Assembly: GCA_046759165.1 (NCBI GenBank)
Contig: JBHIBS010000022.1
Location: 1 to 26,007 of the forward strand
Length of the DNA: 26,007 bases
Source of the DNA: a bacterium
GTDB lineage: Bacteria; UBA6262; WVXT01
Direction of reading: 5' to 3'
Under the pieces are notes generated by a model that had not been told where the DNA came from, did no database searches, and worked only from the letters and a program-made list of their open reading frames with translations. The first letter of the stretch is position 1. Every line of letters starts with the position of its first letter. Positions 9,348 to 18,168 of the stretch are shown piece after piece. A program made the position numbers and the translations under genes.

Positions 9348-9911
9348 ATGAAAAAAATTCTTGGCATTGTGGGAAGTCCCAGGAAGGGAGGTAATACTCA
9401 CATTTTGGTTTCTCAAATTCTGAAAGGTGCAAGAGAGATGGGTGCCAGGACAGAGTTAATTTCTCTTGGTAAACTGAGGATTAAGGAGTGCGATGCATGT
9501 CATATATGCTGGGAGACCGAGATCTGTAGAATAAATGATGGGATGAAAGGAATCTACAAGAAACTTATGGAGAGCGACTGCATCGTTCTGGCCACTCCTA
9601 TGTACTGGTTTGGACCGAGCGTTTCCATGAAAGCCCTTATAGACAGGCTGGTCTATTTCGACTGTTCAAAAAATGAGAATAAGATAAAAGGGAAAGAAGT
9701 CGTTTTAGCCACAGTTCAGGCTGGGAAGGACCCCAATACTGCAAATCCTCTCAGAAGGATGTTAACAATGACGGTAGATTACCTGGGAATGAAGCTAAAA
9801 GGAAAGATAATTGCACCCGGGGTTGCAGAGAAGGGTGCCATAAAGAAGAAGAAAAGGAAGTTGAAAGAGGCTTTAAACTTGGGACGTTCGATTGGGAAAG
9901 AGAAAGGGTAA
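9348..9911 (+). CDS. Iron-sulfur flavoprotein / multimeric flavodoxin (NADPH-dependent FMN reductase family)
   Basis: GIVGSPRKGGNT, Cx2Cx2Cx5C (CDACHICWETEIC), ATPMYW, MKALIDR. Confidence 0.88.
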   Translation: MKKILGIVGSPRKGGNTHILVSQILKGAREMGARTELISLGKLRIKECDACHICWETEICRINDGMKGIYKKLMESDCIVLATPMYWFGPSVSMKALIDRLVYFDCSKNENKIKGKEVVLATVQAGKDPNTANPLRRMLTMTVDYLGMKLKGKIIAPGVAEKGAIKKKKRKLKEALNLGRSIGKEKG

Positions 9912-9925
9912 AGGGATAAATGCTT

Positions 9926-9954
9926 TTGACAAAGAGGAAATTTTTTGCTAAAAT
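9926..9954 (+). promoter_or_regulatory. Sigma70 promoter of the por operon
   Basis: TTGACA-N17-TAAAAT with extended -10 TG. Confidence 0.75.
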
Positions 9955-9993
9955 TGGCTAAACTTTTTTGAAATAATCTCCAGGGAGGTAAGA

Positions 9994-10566
9994 ATGCCAA
10001 AACTGATAGAGGTAAGATTCCATGGTCGCGGAGGCCAGGGAGCCAAGACGGCAGCCCAGCTTCTGGCAGAGACAGCATTAGGTGGGGGAATGTACATTCA
10101 GGCATTTCCTGAATATGGTCCCGAGAGGTCAGGAGCGCCGATGAGGGCATTCACCCGCATCAGCAATGAGCCAATAAATCTCCACTGCGGAGTAACAAAC
10201 CCGGGCATCGTGGTAGTGATAGACCCCACAATTATGGAGACAGTCGACGTTGCCGATGGTCTGGGAGATGAAGGTATTCTCATCGTGAATACAGAAGAGA
10301 AGCCGGAGGCAATTCGTCAGAGGACAAAGTTTAAGAAGGGGAAAGTCTTTACCGTTAATGCTACTCAGATTTCCCTTGATACTCTTGGCAGGCCCATGCC
10401 CAATACTCCCATGCTGGGAGCATTGATAAAGGCTACAGGAATCATAAGTCTGAAAGACCTGGAAGAGAAGCTAACAAAGAAATTCCTGAAAAAGATTGGG
10501 GAGAAGGCGGTTAAGGGAAATATAGAAGCCATCGAGAGAGCTTATAGGGAAGGGGAATCTGGCTGA
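9994..10566 (+). CDS. porC: Pyruvate:ferredoxin oxidoreductase gamma subunit
   Basis: EVRFHGRGGQGAKTA, QAFPEYGPERSGAP, PNTPMLGA. Confidence 0.93.
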   Translation: MPKLIEVRFHGRGGQGAKTAAQLLAETALGGGMYIQAFPEYGPERSGAPMRAFTRISNEPINLHCGVTNPGIVVVIDPTIMETVDVADGLGDEGILIVNTEEKPEAIRQRTKFKKGKVFTVNATQISLDTLGRPMPNTPMLGALIKATGIISLKDLEEKLTKKFLKKIGEKAVKGNIEAIERAYREGESG

Positions 10567-10587
10567 CTTTTCTGATAGGGAGGATTT

Positions 10588-10860
10588 ATGAAAGAGAAAG
10601 GCTGGAAGGATATACCGATTGCTGGATTAATTGTTGAGGCAGGAAATGCCGAAAAATATAAGACAGGCACCTGGAGGACTTTCAAGCCAGTAAGGGATGA
10701 GGAGAAATGCACCAATTGTCTCAACTGCTGGATATATTGTCCCGATTCATCAATCCTCGTATCCGGCGAGAAGATGGTCGGATTTGACTATGACCACTGC
10801 AAGGGATGTGGAATCTGCGCCCAGGTGTGCCCTGTTAAGTGCATTGAGATGGTAAAATGA
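10588..10860 (+). CDS. porD: Pyruvate:ferredoxin oxidoreductase delta subunit (2x[4Fe-4S])
   Basis: KTGTWRTFKP, CTNCLNCWIYCPD, YDHCKGCGICAQVCP. Confidence 0.93.
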   Translation: MKEKGWKDIPIAGLIVEAGNAEKYKTGTWRTFKPVRDEEKCTNCLNCWIYCPDSSILVSGEKMVGFDYDHCKGCGICAQVCPVKCIEMVK

Positions 10861-10863
10861 CCT

Positions 10864-10887
10864 GCAGGCTTCGATTCATCGAACCCG
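10864..10887 (+). repeat. GTAG-type REP copy 1 (degenerate)
   Basis: GCAGGCTTCGATTCATCGAACCCG, similar to the copies at 12105 and 13711. Confidence 0.7.
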
Positions 10888-10918
10888 TTTCTGTAATAAT
10901 ATTCATGGAGGGAAAATA

Positions 10919-12100
10919 ATGAAAGATAGATTAGCTTTGACAGGAAACGAGGCAGTTGCCCAGGCAATGCGCCAGATAAATCCAGATGTGGTAGCAGCCT
11001 ATCCCATTACTCCCCAGACAGAGATTGTGATGGCATTTTCCCGGTTCGTTGCTGATGGATTAGTGGATACAGAGACGATTCCTGTGGAGTCAGAACACAG
11101 TGCAATGAGCGCCTGCGTGGGAGCATCTGCCTCAGGAGTAAGGGTGATGACAGCCACATGTTCTCAAGGTCTGGCACTGATGTGGGAGATAGTCTATATA
11201 GCCTCTTCGCTGAGGCTTCCCATCGTGATGCCTGTAGTCAATCGCTCTCTCTCAGCGCCCATAAACATCCATTGTGACCATTCAGATTCTATGGGAGCCA
11301 GAGATTCTGGTTGGATACAGATATATTGCGAGAATGGTCAGGAAGCGTATGAGTCAGTTGTTTTAGCAGTAAGGATTGCTGAAGATGAGAAGATACTTCT
11401 CCCGGTTATGGTATGTCTTGATGGATTCATAACCAGCCACGCCGTAGAAAGGATTGAGCTTCTGGAAGATAAAGTAGTAAGGAAGTGGATAGGAGAGAGA
11501 AAAACCAGATACTCTCTTTTAGATATTGAAAATCCTATAACCTATGGACCGCTCGATCTACAGGACTACTACTTTGAGCACAAAAGGCAAAAGGCGGAGG
11601 CAATGAGAAGCGCATATTCAGCTATACCCGGAGTTGTAGATAAGTTTGAGAAGCTCACAGGAAGGAGGTATGACTATTTAGAAGAGTATAAGATGGAGGG
11701 TGCTGAACTGGCAGTTCTCTCTTTGGGTTCCACCTGCGGGACAGCCAAAACAGCAGTTGATCGGCTGCGGGCAAAAGGGATGAAGGCAGGGATGGTGAAA
11801 TTGAGATTCTTCCGTCCCTTCCCCGCAAGAGAGCTGGTAATCGCACTTTCTAAGGCAAAGGCAATAGCCATACTCGACAGAAGCGACACATTCAGTAATC
11901 AGGGCGGACCAGTTTTCAATGAGATAAGGTCGGCCTTATATGAGAAAGATAACAAACCTTTTATGGTAAATTATATTTATGGACTTGGAGGAAGAGACAT
12001 CAGTGTTGAAGATATAGAGAAGGTTTACAGAGAGCTTGAAGAGGTTCTTAAACGGAGGAAAGTTGAAATTCTGGTAAATTATCTTGGCGTAAGAGAATAG
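10919..12100 (+). CDS. porA: Pyruvate:ferredoxin oxidoreductase alpha subunit
   Basis: TGNEAVA, AAYPITPQT, VESEHSAMSAC, YGLGGRD. Confidence 0.94.
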   Translation: MKDRLALTGNEAVAQAMRQINPDVVAAYPITPQTEIVMAFSRFVADGLVDTETIPVESEHSAMSACVGASASGVRVMTATCSQGLALMWEIVYIASSLRLPIVMPVVNRSLSAPINIHCDHSDSMGARDSGWIQIYCENGQEAYESVVLAVRIAEDEKILLPVMVCLDGFITSHAVERIELLEDKVVRKWIGERKTRYSLLDIENPITYGPLDLQDYYFEHKRQKAEAMRSAYSAIPGVVDKFEKLTGRRYDYLEEYKMEGAELAVLSLGSTCGTAKTAVDRLRAKGMKAGMVKLRFFRPFPARELVIALSKAKAIAILDRSDTFSNQGGPVFNEIRSALYEKDNKPFMVNYIYGLGGRDISVEDIEKVYRELEEVLKRRKVEILVNYLGVRE

Positions 12101-12104
12101 AATT

Positions 12105-12129
12105 GTAGGGGCTCGATTTATCGAACCCG
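12105..12129 (+). repeat. GTAG-type REP copy 2
   Basis: GTAGGGGCTCGATTTATCGAACCCG hairpin. Confidence 0.75.
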
Positions 12130-12147
12130 CATAATTGGAGGCATATA

Positions 12148-13689
12148 ATGGCAACTCTTAAAGAATTGACAAAAAGACCAAAGATTCTAACCCCAGGGCA
12201 TCGTCTCTGTGCAGGTTGCGGCGCTTCCATTGGTATACGGCAGGTCCTTCTGGGAACTGAAGACCCTGTTGTTGTGGGATGCGCTACAGGGTGTGTGGAA
12301 GTAGCCACCACAATCTATCCTTACACAGCCTGGAAGTCGCCCTTTATACACAATGCTTTTGAAAACGTGGCAGCCACAATAAGCGGCGTAGAGACCGCAT
12401 ATCGAACTCTCAAGAAGAAAGGAAAGATAAAAAAAGAGATAAAGTTTGTGGCTTTTGGTGGCGATGGTGGTACATATGATATAGGACTACAGTCGCTTTC
12501 CGGAGCTCTGGAAAGAGGCCACAAGATGGTCTATGTCTGTTACGATAACGAAGCCTATATGAACTGTCTTAGCCTTTCTTCTTTAATAGCAACCAAAGAT
12601 GGTCTCAAGAAAATTACCGAAATAAAAGTAGGCGAGCAAGTCTATGGCTTTGACATGAAGACGCATGAGTTAGTTCTAAAAGGATGCAGTGGCATTTTTG
12701 ATAATGGCATACACGATGTATATGGACTTTCGACTTTACATCATTCTATTAAAGCGACTTCAAACCATCCCTTTTTGGTTCTCAAGACAAACGCTCAAGG
12801 CAAAGACAATGAGTTAGTCTGGAAGGAGCTAAAAGATATCTCATCTGGAGATGAAATTGTTGTCTCTAAACAATTGGTACCGGGTAAATCAAAAAAGTTC
12901 GATTTTAACAAGGTCAAGACGGGAGATTACAGGGTAGACAGAATAAACTTTGCCTTACGAGACAGTTCTGAGGGTACAACAGTTTTGCTAGACGGTGGCA
13001 CGGCAGTCCTTACTGTACCCAAAGAAGAAGATTATCAGAACTTTTTGATTAGCAACGAATATTTTGCAATGGAAAAAGTAAAAGGAATAAAGTTGGTGGG
13101 GGAAGAGCCGACTTTGGATTTAAGGGTAGAAGACGAACACAACTTTATTGCTAATGGTATTGTTGTCCACAATACTGGCATTCAACGTTCAGGCGCCACT
13201 CCCTGTGGTGCTTCCACAACTACCGAACCAGCAGGGAAAGTGAAGTCTGGGAAGGAGCAGTTTCGAAAAGACCTGACCTCAATAGTAGCAGCTCACCACA
13301 TTCCCTATGCAGCCCAGGTATCGATATCCCACTGGAAAGACCTGGTCAACAAAGCAGAAAAGGCGTTCAAAGCCGATGGACCGGCATTCATCAACATGCT
13401 TGTCCCCTGCCATCGGGGATGGCGCTATCCAATGGAAAAGACAGTAGAGATTTCAAAATTGGCAGTAAATACGGGATTCTGGCCCCTGTTTGAAGTGGAT
13501 AATGGGGTCTGGAGGATAACCATTCATCTAAAAGAGAGAAAGCCAATTATCGAGTGGATAAAGAGCCAGGGAAGATATAGCCATCTCCTGAAAGAAGTGA
13601 ATAAGCCAATTTTGGATAGGATACAGAAGGAAGTAGACGACTACTGGAAGTACCTCGAAGGGCTCTGCAAAGCCAGCCAATCCCAATAA
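12148..13689 (+). CDS. porB: Pyruvate:ferredoxin oxidoreductase beta subunit (intein-containing precursor)
   Basis: GHRLCAGCG and GGDGGTYDIG. The TPP motif YDNEAYMN|TGIQRS is split by an intein; spliced length 310 aa. Confidence 0.94.
   Translation: MATLKELTKRPKILTPGHRLCAGCGASIGIRQVLLGTEDPVVVGCATGCVEVATTIYPYTAWKSPFIHNAFENVAATISGVETAYRTLKKKGKIKKEIKFVAFGGDGGTYDIGLQSLSGALERGHKMVYVCYDNEAYMNCLSLSSLIATKDGLKKITEIKVGEQVYGFDMKTHELVLKGCSGIFDNGIHDVYGLSTLHHSIKATSNHPFLVLKTNAQGKDNELVWKELKDISSGDEIVVSKQLVPGKSKKFDFNKVKTGDYRVDRINFALRDSSEGTTVLLDGGTAVLTVPKEEDYQNFLISNEYFAMEKVKGIKLVGEEPTLDLRVEDEHNFIANGIVVHNTGIQRSGATPCGASTTTEPAGKVKSGKEQFRKDLTSIVAAHHIPYAAQVSISHWKDLVNKAEKAFKADGPAFINMLVPCHRGWRYPMEKTVEISKLAVNTGFWPLFEVDNGVWRITIHLKERKPIIEWIKSQGRYSHLLKEVNKPILDRIQKEVDDYWKYLEGLCKASQSQ
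12565..13173 (+). mobile_element. Mini-intein (203 aa, Hint domain) in PorB
   Basis: Starts CLS, block B ATSNHPFL (TxxH), block F/G TLDLRVEDEHNFIANGIVVHN, +1 Thr. No LAGLIDADG motif recognised. Confidence 0.93.
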
Positions 13690-13710
13690 TAAAGGACGTG
13701 TGAAAACTCC

Positions 13711-13735
13711 GTAGGGGTTCGATTCATCGAACTCG
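13711..13735 (+). repeat. GTAG-type REP copy 3
   Basis: GTAGGGGTTCGATTCATCGAACTCG hairpin. Confidence 0.75.
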
Positions 13736-13800
13736 TTAGTAATAGGAGTAGCAGAGTAAAGCCTGCGTTCTAATTGAGCACAGGCTGATTCACAAAAGGT

Positions 13801-13875
13801 TCCCCGGTAGCTCAATGGTGGAGCATCCGGCTGTTAACCGGAGGGTTGTTGGTTCGAGTCCAACCCGGGGAGCCA
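13801..13875 (+). tRNA. tRNA-Asn (GTT)
   Basis: Acceptor TCCCCGG/CCGGGGA, anticodon arm CCGG-CTGTTAA-CCGG, T arm GTTGG-TTCGAGT-CCAAC, encoded CCA. Confidence 0.97.
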
Positions 13876-14015
13876 ATTTTAACGGTTCGAACTAATAAAG
13901 ATGGCTTTAGAATTAAAATGGTGTAGAACTGTGCCAATAATTTTGTCCATAAACATAAGAAATGGCTGAAAACACACGAATAACCTCCACACCTGCCAGA
14001 TCTAAGACTCACCCC

Positions 14016-14101
14016 GCTCGCTACGTTGTAAGCTTGCCGAGTTCGGAATAAATTAGTAAGGTTCAAAAGATTTGTAAAATTGGACATAAAATTGCTTGGT
14101 C
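14016..14101 (+). repeat. IR-A left arm (inverted repeat with 16185-16272)
   Basis: Reverse complement aligns to 16185-16272 at roughly 80-85% identity (manual alignment). Confidence 0.9.
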
Positions 14102-14144
14102 GGCTCCTGTAATGGTGAAAAATTCAGTAAAAGTTAGTTCTATA

Positions 14145-14293
14145 TGTTCATTATATATTTGTGTTCATAATAAGTGAACAATTATAAAATATGAACACTT
14201 TATCGATATAAGTACCTAAGTTAAAAAAAGACTTGACATTTGTTCAAAATTATGCTATGTTCATTAATAGAGAACACATTAAAAAAGTGAACA
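14145..14293. promoter_or_regulatory. Two palindromic operators plus sigma70 promoter of the AbiE operon
   Basis: TGTTCA-N11-TGTTCA-N7-(T/A)GAACA-N11-TGAACA at 14145-14197 and again at 14241-14293. TTGACA(14233)-N17-TATGTT overlaps the second. Confidence 0.8.
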
Positions 14294-14307
14294 AATAGGG
14301 TGATATT

Positions 14308-15342
14308 ATGTATAATAATCTTGAAAATGAAATCCTTAATATGGCTTTAGACACATTCAAGAAGAATATAGATTTGCCAATCAATATTGAAATAAAAGAA
14401 TTTGAATTAACTAATAACATAATATTTGACAAGTTATTAAAAATCAAAGTACAGGGAATAGACATATTCTTTTGTGTTGAGATAAAGACAACAATTAATA
14501 AAGCTACTATAGGTTTTCTTCTGCAACAAAGGGATAAATTACCCCATCAACAACTTCTAATAGCAAAATATATAACAACATATATGGCCGAAGAGTTAAG
14601 AAAAAATGGTATTCAATTTATAGATACTGCCGGAAATACATATATAAACCATTTTCCAATTTATATTTATGTCAAAGGTAATATGCCTCTTAATGTATTT
14701 ATGAGAATGCAACCTAAACGTGCTTTTAAACCAACTGGCTTAAAAATGACCTACGCGTTACTGTGCAATCCCAATCTAATAAATAAACCATATCGTCATA
14801 TTGCAAAAGTCGCTGATGTCGCTTTAGGAACAGTAGGCTGGATAATAAGAGATCTAAGAGAACTAGGTTTTTTAGTTGAAATGGGTAAAAGGGGTAAGAA
14901 GTTAATTCATAAAGAAAACTTATTTAATAGATGGTGCACTGAATATGCAGAAAAACTTAGGCCAAAGTTATTTCTAGGTAAATTTAAGGGCCCTAACGAT
15001 TGGTGGAAAAATAGGAACTTGAATCCTGACTTTGCTCAATGGGGGGGTGAAGTCGCTGCCCATAAACTTACAAAGTACATAAAACCACAAAATATTTTAA
15101 TCTATACGATACGTCATCAATATAATAATTTAATAACTGAAAATAGATTAATAAAAGATGAAAAAGGTGAAACTGAAATCCTTGAACGTTTTTGGGGTTT
15201 TAATAAAATTGACGAATTTAATGATATTGTGCATCCTGTTTTGGTTTATGCTGATTTGACGGCGACTGGTAATCAGAGAAATATTGCAACGGCAAAAATG
15301 ATCTATGAGCAATATATCGTTCGATATATCAGGGAAAATTGA
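14308..15342 (+). CDS. Type IV TA system AbiEi-family antitoxin / transcriptional regulator
   Basis: FIDTAGN, HTH PYRHIAKVADVALGTVG, WGGEVAA, VHPVLVYADL; overlaps the nucleotidyltransferase gene. Confidence 0.85.
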   Translation: MYNNLENEILNMALDTFKKNIDLPINIEIKEFELTNNIIFDKLLKIKVQGIDIFFCVEIKTTINKATIGFLLQQRDKLPHQQLLIAKYITTYMAEELRKNGIQFIDTAGNTYINHFPIYIYVKGNMPLNVFMRMQPKRAFKPTGLKMTYALLCNPNLINKPYRHIAKVADVALGTVGWIIRDLRELGFLVEMGKRGKKLIHKENLFNRWCTEYAEKLRPKLFLGKFKGPNDWWKNRNLNPDFAQWGGEVAAHKLTKYIKPQNILIYTIRHQYNNLITENRLIKDEKGETEILERFWGFNKIDEFNDIVHPVLVYADLTATGNQRNIATAKMIYEQYIVRYIREN

Positions 15343-16186
15343 TAAGTCCTATATTGAAGCTCTTAATGAAATAAGAACAGTAGCTGAATCATTAGGAATT
15401 CCATTTTTTATTATAGGAGCTTTAGCAAGAGATGTCATCTTGGAACATTGTCATAATATCAAAGCTCCAGGTATGACTAATGATATAGATTTGGGAATAA
15501 AAGTTGAGGGTTGGGAACAGTTTAATAATTTAATTGATACCTTAATAAAAACAGGAAAATTTGAAAAAACAAGAGAAAAACAGAGAATTCGTTTTAATGA
15601 GGTCCTTATCGATATAGTTCCTTTTGGAAAAGTATCCGACAATGAGTACAGAATAAGCTGGCCACCTGAACACGAATTAATAATGAGTATACTTGGATTT
15701 GACGAAGTCTATCAATATTCAATAATTATAAGATTAAGTAGAGACCCTATTTTGGATGTAAAACTTCCATCATTACCAGGATTAGCTATTTTAAAATTAC
15801 TATCATGGAAAGATAAGTATGCTGAAAGAGAAAAAGATGCTGAGGATTTATTATTTATAATGAATAATTATGAACATGCCGGAAATTTTGAAAGATTGTA
15901 TGATAATGAATTACAGTTGCTTGAAGGCGAGAAATTTGACAATAAGATTGCTAGTATAAGATTATTGGGTAGAGATATGGCAAGGATTTGTAGCGAAGAT
16001 ACACTTAATAGTATTAGACAGATATTATCAGAAGAAACAGAAGATCAATCAAAATTTAATTTAGTTATAGATATGATGAGTAGCCATAATAATTTTGATG
16101 AGACATTATATCTGTTGAAAAAATTAAAAGATGGAGTTTTTGATATAAAACAATTAATAAATTTCTTAGCATTATGCAAGGGTTGA
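15305..16186 (+). CDS. AbiEii/AbiGii-like nucleotidyltransferase toxin
   Basis: FIIGALARD..TNDIDLGI NTase motif, IDIVPFG, LAILKLLSW, KDAEDL. Confidence 0.85.
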   Translation: MSNISFDISGKIDKSYIEALNEIRTVAESLGIPFFIIGALARDVILEHCHNIKAPGMTNDIDLGIKVEGWEQFNNLIDTLIKTGKFEKTREKQRIRFNEVLIDIVPFGKVSDNEYRISWPPEHELIMSILGFDEVYQYSIIIRLSRDPILDVKLPSLPGLAILKLLSWKDKYAEREKDAEDLLFIMNNYEHAGNFERLYDNELQLLEGEKFDNKIASIRLLGRDMARICSEDTLNSIRQILSEETEDQSKFNLVIDMMSSHNNFDETLYLLKKLKDGVFDIKQLINFLALCKG

Positions 16187-16272
16187 CCAAGCAACTTTTG
16201 TACCCAATTTTACAAAGTTTTTTGAATTTTACTAATTTATTTCGAGGTCGGCGAGCTTGCAACGTAGTGAGC
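16185..16272 (-). repeat. IR-A right arm
   Basis: Inverted partner of 14016-14101; begins at the toxin stop codon. Confidence 0.9.
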
Positions 16273-16414
16273 TTTAGTTCTAACATACTGCGAAATAAGG
16301 AGCTAATTACCCATATAATCCGAACTTTTTCGGATTAAGAAAAAGCCCTTGATCTGGGAAAGGTCGACGGCTTTTAATTTAATAATATTAAGGGGCGCTG
16401 TCTCCATTTACGCT

Positions 16415-16789
16415 ATGAAAGAAAAATTAAGAATATTCATAAGTTCACCCATTAAAGGGTTGGAAGAAGAAAGAAAAGCTTTAATCGAAGCTTTAGAAAA
16501 AGAATATACTCCAGAAGCTATGGAGTTATGGGTTTCTTCTCCGGAACATCCCAAAAATGTTTGTCTTGAAAGAGTGAGAAATTCGGATGCTTTAATCGTT
16601 CTTACGGGGCCTTATTATGGGAGCGTGGATCCATTAACTGGTAAGTCGTTTACGGAATTAGAATATGATGAGGCAGATGCATATGGGATTGATATTTTTC
16701 ATTTTTATAAAGTAAAAGATGAGGGACACCGGGGGGAGACGGTGACCGACTCGAGTCCGAAGGACCGCGGAAGTGAGTGCCCAGCCTGA
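16415..16789 (+). pseudogene. DUF4062 (TIR-like) domain protein, probably 3'-truncated
   Basis: RIFISS..GLEEER, CLERVRNSD..I...G..YGS, SFTELEYDEA. After about 16720 the frame runs into a GC-rich repeat and stops inside it. Confidence 0.7.
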
Positions 16790-16838
16790 TGAACGAGGGA
16801 GTTAAGGGTAAGTGAAGAAGGGAGTCCTACCCAGGGAG
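16759..16838 (+). repeat. Direct repeat X copy 1, ending in a tRNA-Asn 3' fragment (att-like)
   Basis: GCGGAAGTGAGTGCCCAGCCTGATGAACGAGGGAGTTAAGGGTAAGTGAAGAAGGGAGTCCTACCCAGGGAG is near-identical to 20210-20282. The last 17 nt match tRNA 13856-13872 at 15/17. Confidence 0.88.
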
Positions 16839-16966
16839 TTCGCCCCCCTTATATAGGCTTCCTCAGATGCCTGTTTCGTTGGCCTATTTTTTGATGAAAT
16901 CAAAACATGAAGATAAATCTCTTAAAAATTTCCCTAAAAATAATTTATTAATTGACTTTTTTAACT
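16836..16966 (+). repeat. IR-B left arm (inverted repeat with 19760-19890)
   Basis: 131-bp arm, about 90% identical to the reverse complement of 19760-19890; contains an inward-facing TTGACT. Confidence 0.93.
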
Positions 16967-17127
16967 TATAATATAATAATAAAAGTTCGATTTAGTCACT
17001 CCTTATAAGGATTTTTTATAGGATTAAATAATAAAACAATAAGGTAAGTAAGGCTTATTAAGCAAAAGTATTCTTCAATAAAGAATGAGCGAGAGTGCAA
17101 AAATTTTTAAAATCAGGGAGGTGTACG

Positions 17128-17571
17128 ATGAAGAATGTTAAAGTTAAAGAGGTAAGAGAACTTATTACTCCTCATCCTTCTCTTATTGGAGCCAGTGCTC
17201 CTGCAGTTCAGGCGGCAGAGGCTATATTAAGAAATCCCACAACAAGAGCGGTCTGTGTTGTAGATAAGGAATCCAAACTTTTAGGAATTATAAATATAAG
17301 AAGACTGTTGAGACATTTTCTTCCTCAAATGTTTGGAGAAGACATTTTAGGTAGAGGAATGCTTGAAAATCTTTTTGTAGGAAAAGCAAAGGATTTAATT
17401 TTACATCCTCCTGTCTATGTTACTGAAGAGGATAACCTTGAGAATGCAGTGAAACTTATGGTTGAGAACGAACTTGACGAACTTCCTGTGGTAGATAAGG
17501 AGTTAAAGGTGATTGGTGAGTTAAATATTTTGGAGATTCTTTCTGTATGGCTGATTAAGACTCAAGGGTAA
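17128..17571 (+). CDS. CBS-pair domain protein
   Basis: Tandem CBS repeats (VCVVDKESKLLGII; LPVVDKELKVIGEL); GGAGGTG RBS before ATG 17128. Confidence 0.88.
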   Translation: MKNVKVKEVRELITPHPSLIGASAPAVQAAEAILRNPTTRAVCVVDKESKLLGIINIRRLLRHFLPQMFGEDILGRGMLENLFVGKAKDLILHPPVYVTEEDNLENAVKLMVENELDELPVVDKELKVIGELNILEILSVWLIKTQG

Positions 17572-17648
17572 ATGTAAGAGAATTAAGATAATCCTGTTGT
17601 GCAATTTGCTTTGTCAGAAGGAGGAGGAAAATTTAGAAGGAGGCTGAA

Positions 17649-18161
17649 ATGTTATTAGGAAAATATATGAGTGAAGATCTTATAATCTGTAATCTTACTT
17701 CAAAAGGTAAAATGGAAGTAATTGAGGAGATGGTAGAACTTTTTGTTAAAACAGGAGTTGTTAAAAATAAAGAAGAATTTTGCACTACCATAAGAAAAAG
17801 GGAGGAATTAGAATCAACGGCAATTGGAGGAGGTATTGCTATTCCTCATGGAAGATCTAACTCGGTGAAAGAATTGAAAGTTGCCTTTGCACGGTCAAAA
17901 GATGGGGTTGATTTTAAAGCAATGGACAAGAAACCTGTACATATCATATTTATGATTGCTGCTCCCCTTAAAGATCGAAAAAAATATCTTCAAATAGTTG
18001 CGAAAATAGCCAGACTCTTAAAGTCAAAAATTATGCAGGAGGCTTTATTGAAAACAGAAACTCCAAAGGATGTTATGGAACTTATCCAAGATTTTGATAA
18101 GATGCTAATAGAAGAAATAAAGATCAAGACTAAAAAGGGGAAAATAGTATACCGAAAGTGA
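17649..18161 (+). CDS. PTS EIIA (fructose/nitrogen-regulatory type) protein
   Basis: RE..ESTAIGGGIAIPHGR phospho-His motif, GVDF.AMDKKPVHIIFMI. Confidence 0.9.
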   Translation: MLLGKYMSEDLIICNLTSKGKMEVIEEMVELFVKTGVVKNKEEFCTTIRKREELESTAIGGGIAIPHGRSNSVKELKVAFARSKDGVDFKAMDKKPVHIIFMIAAPLKDRKKYLQIVAKIARLLKSKIMQEALLKTETPKDVMELIQDFDKMLIEEIKIKTKKGKIVYRK

Positions 18162-18168
18162 ATGATTT

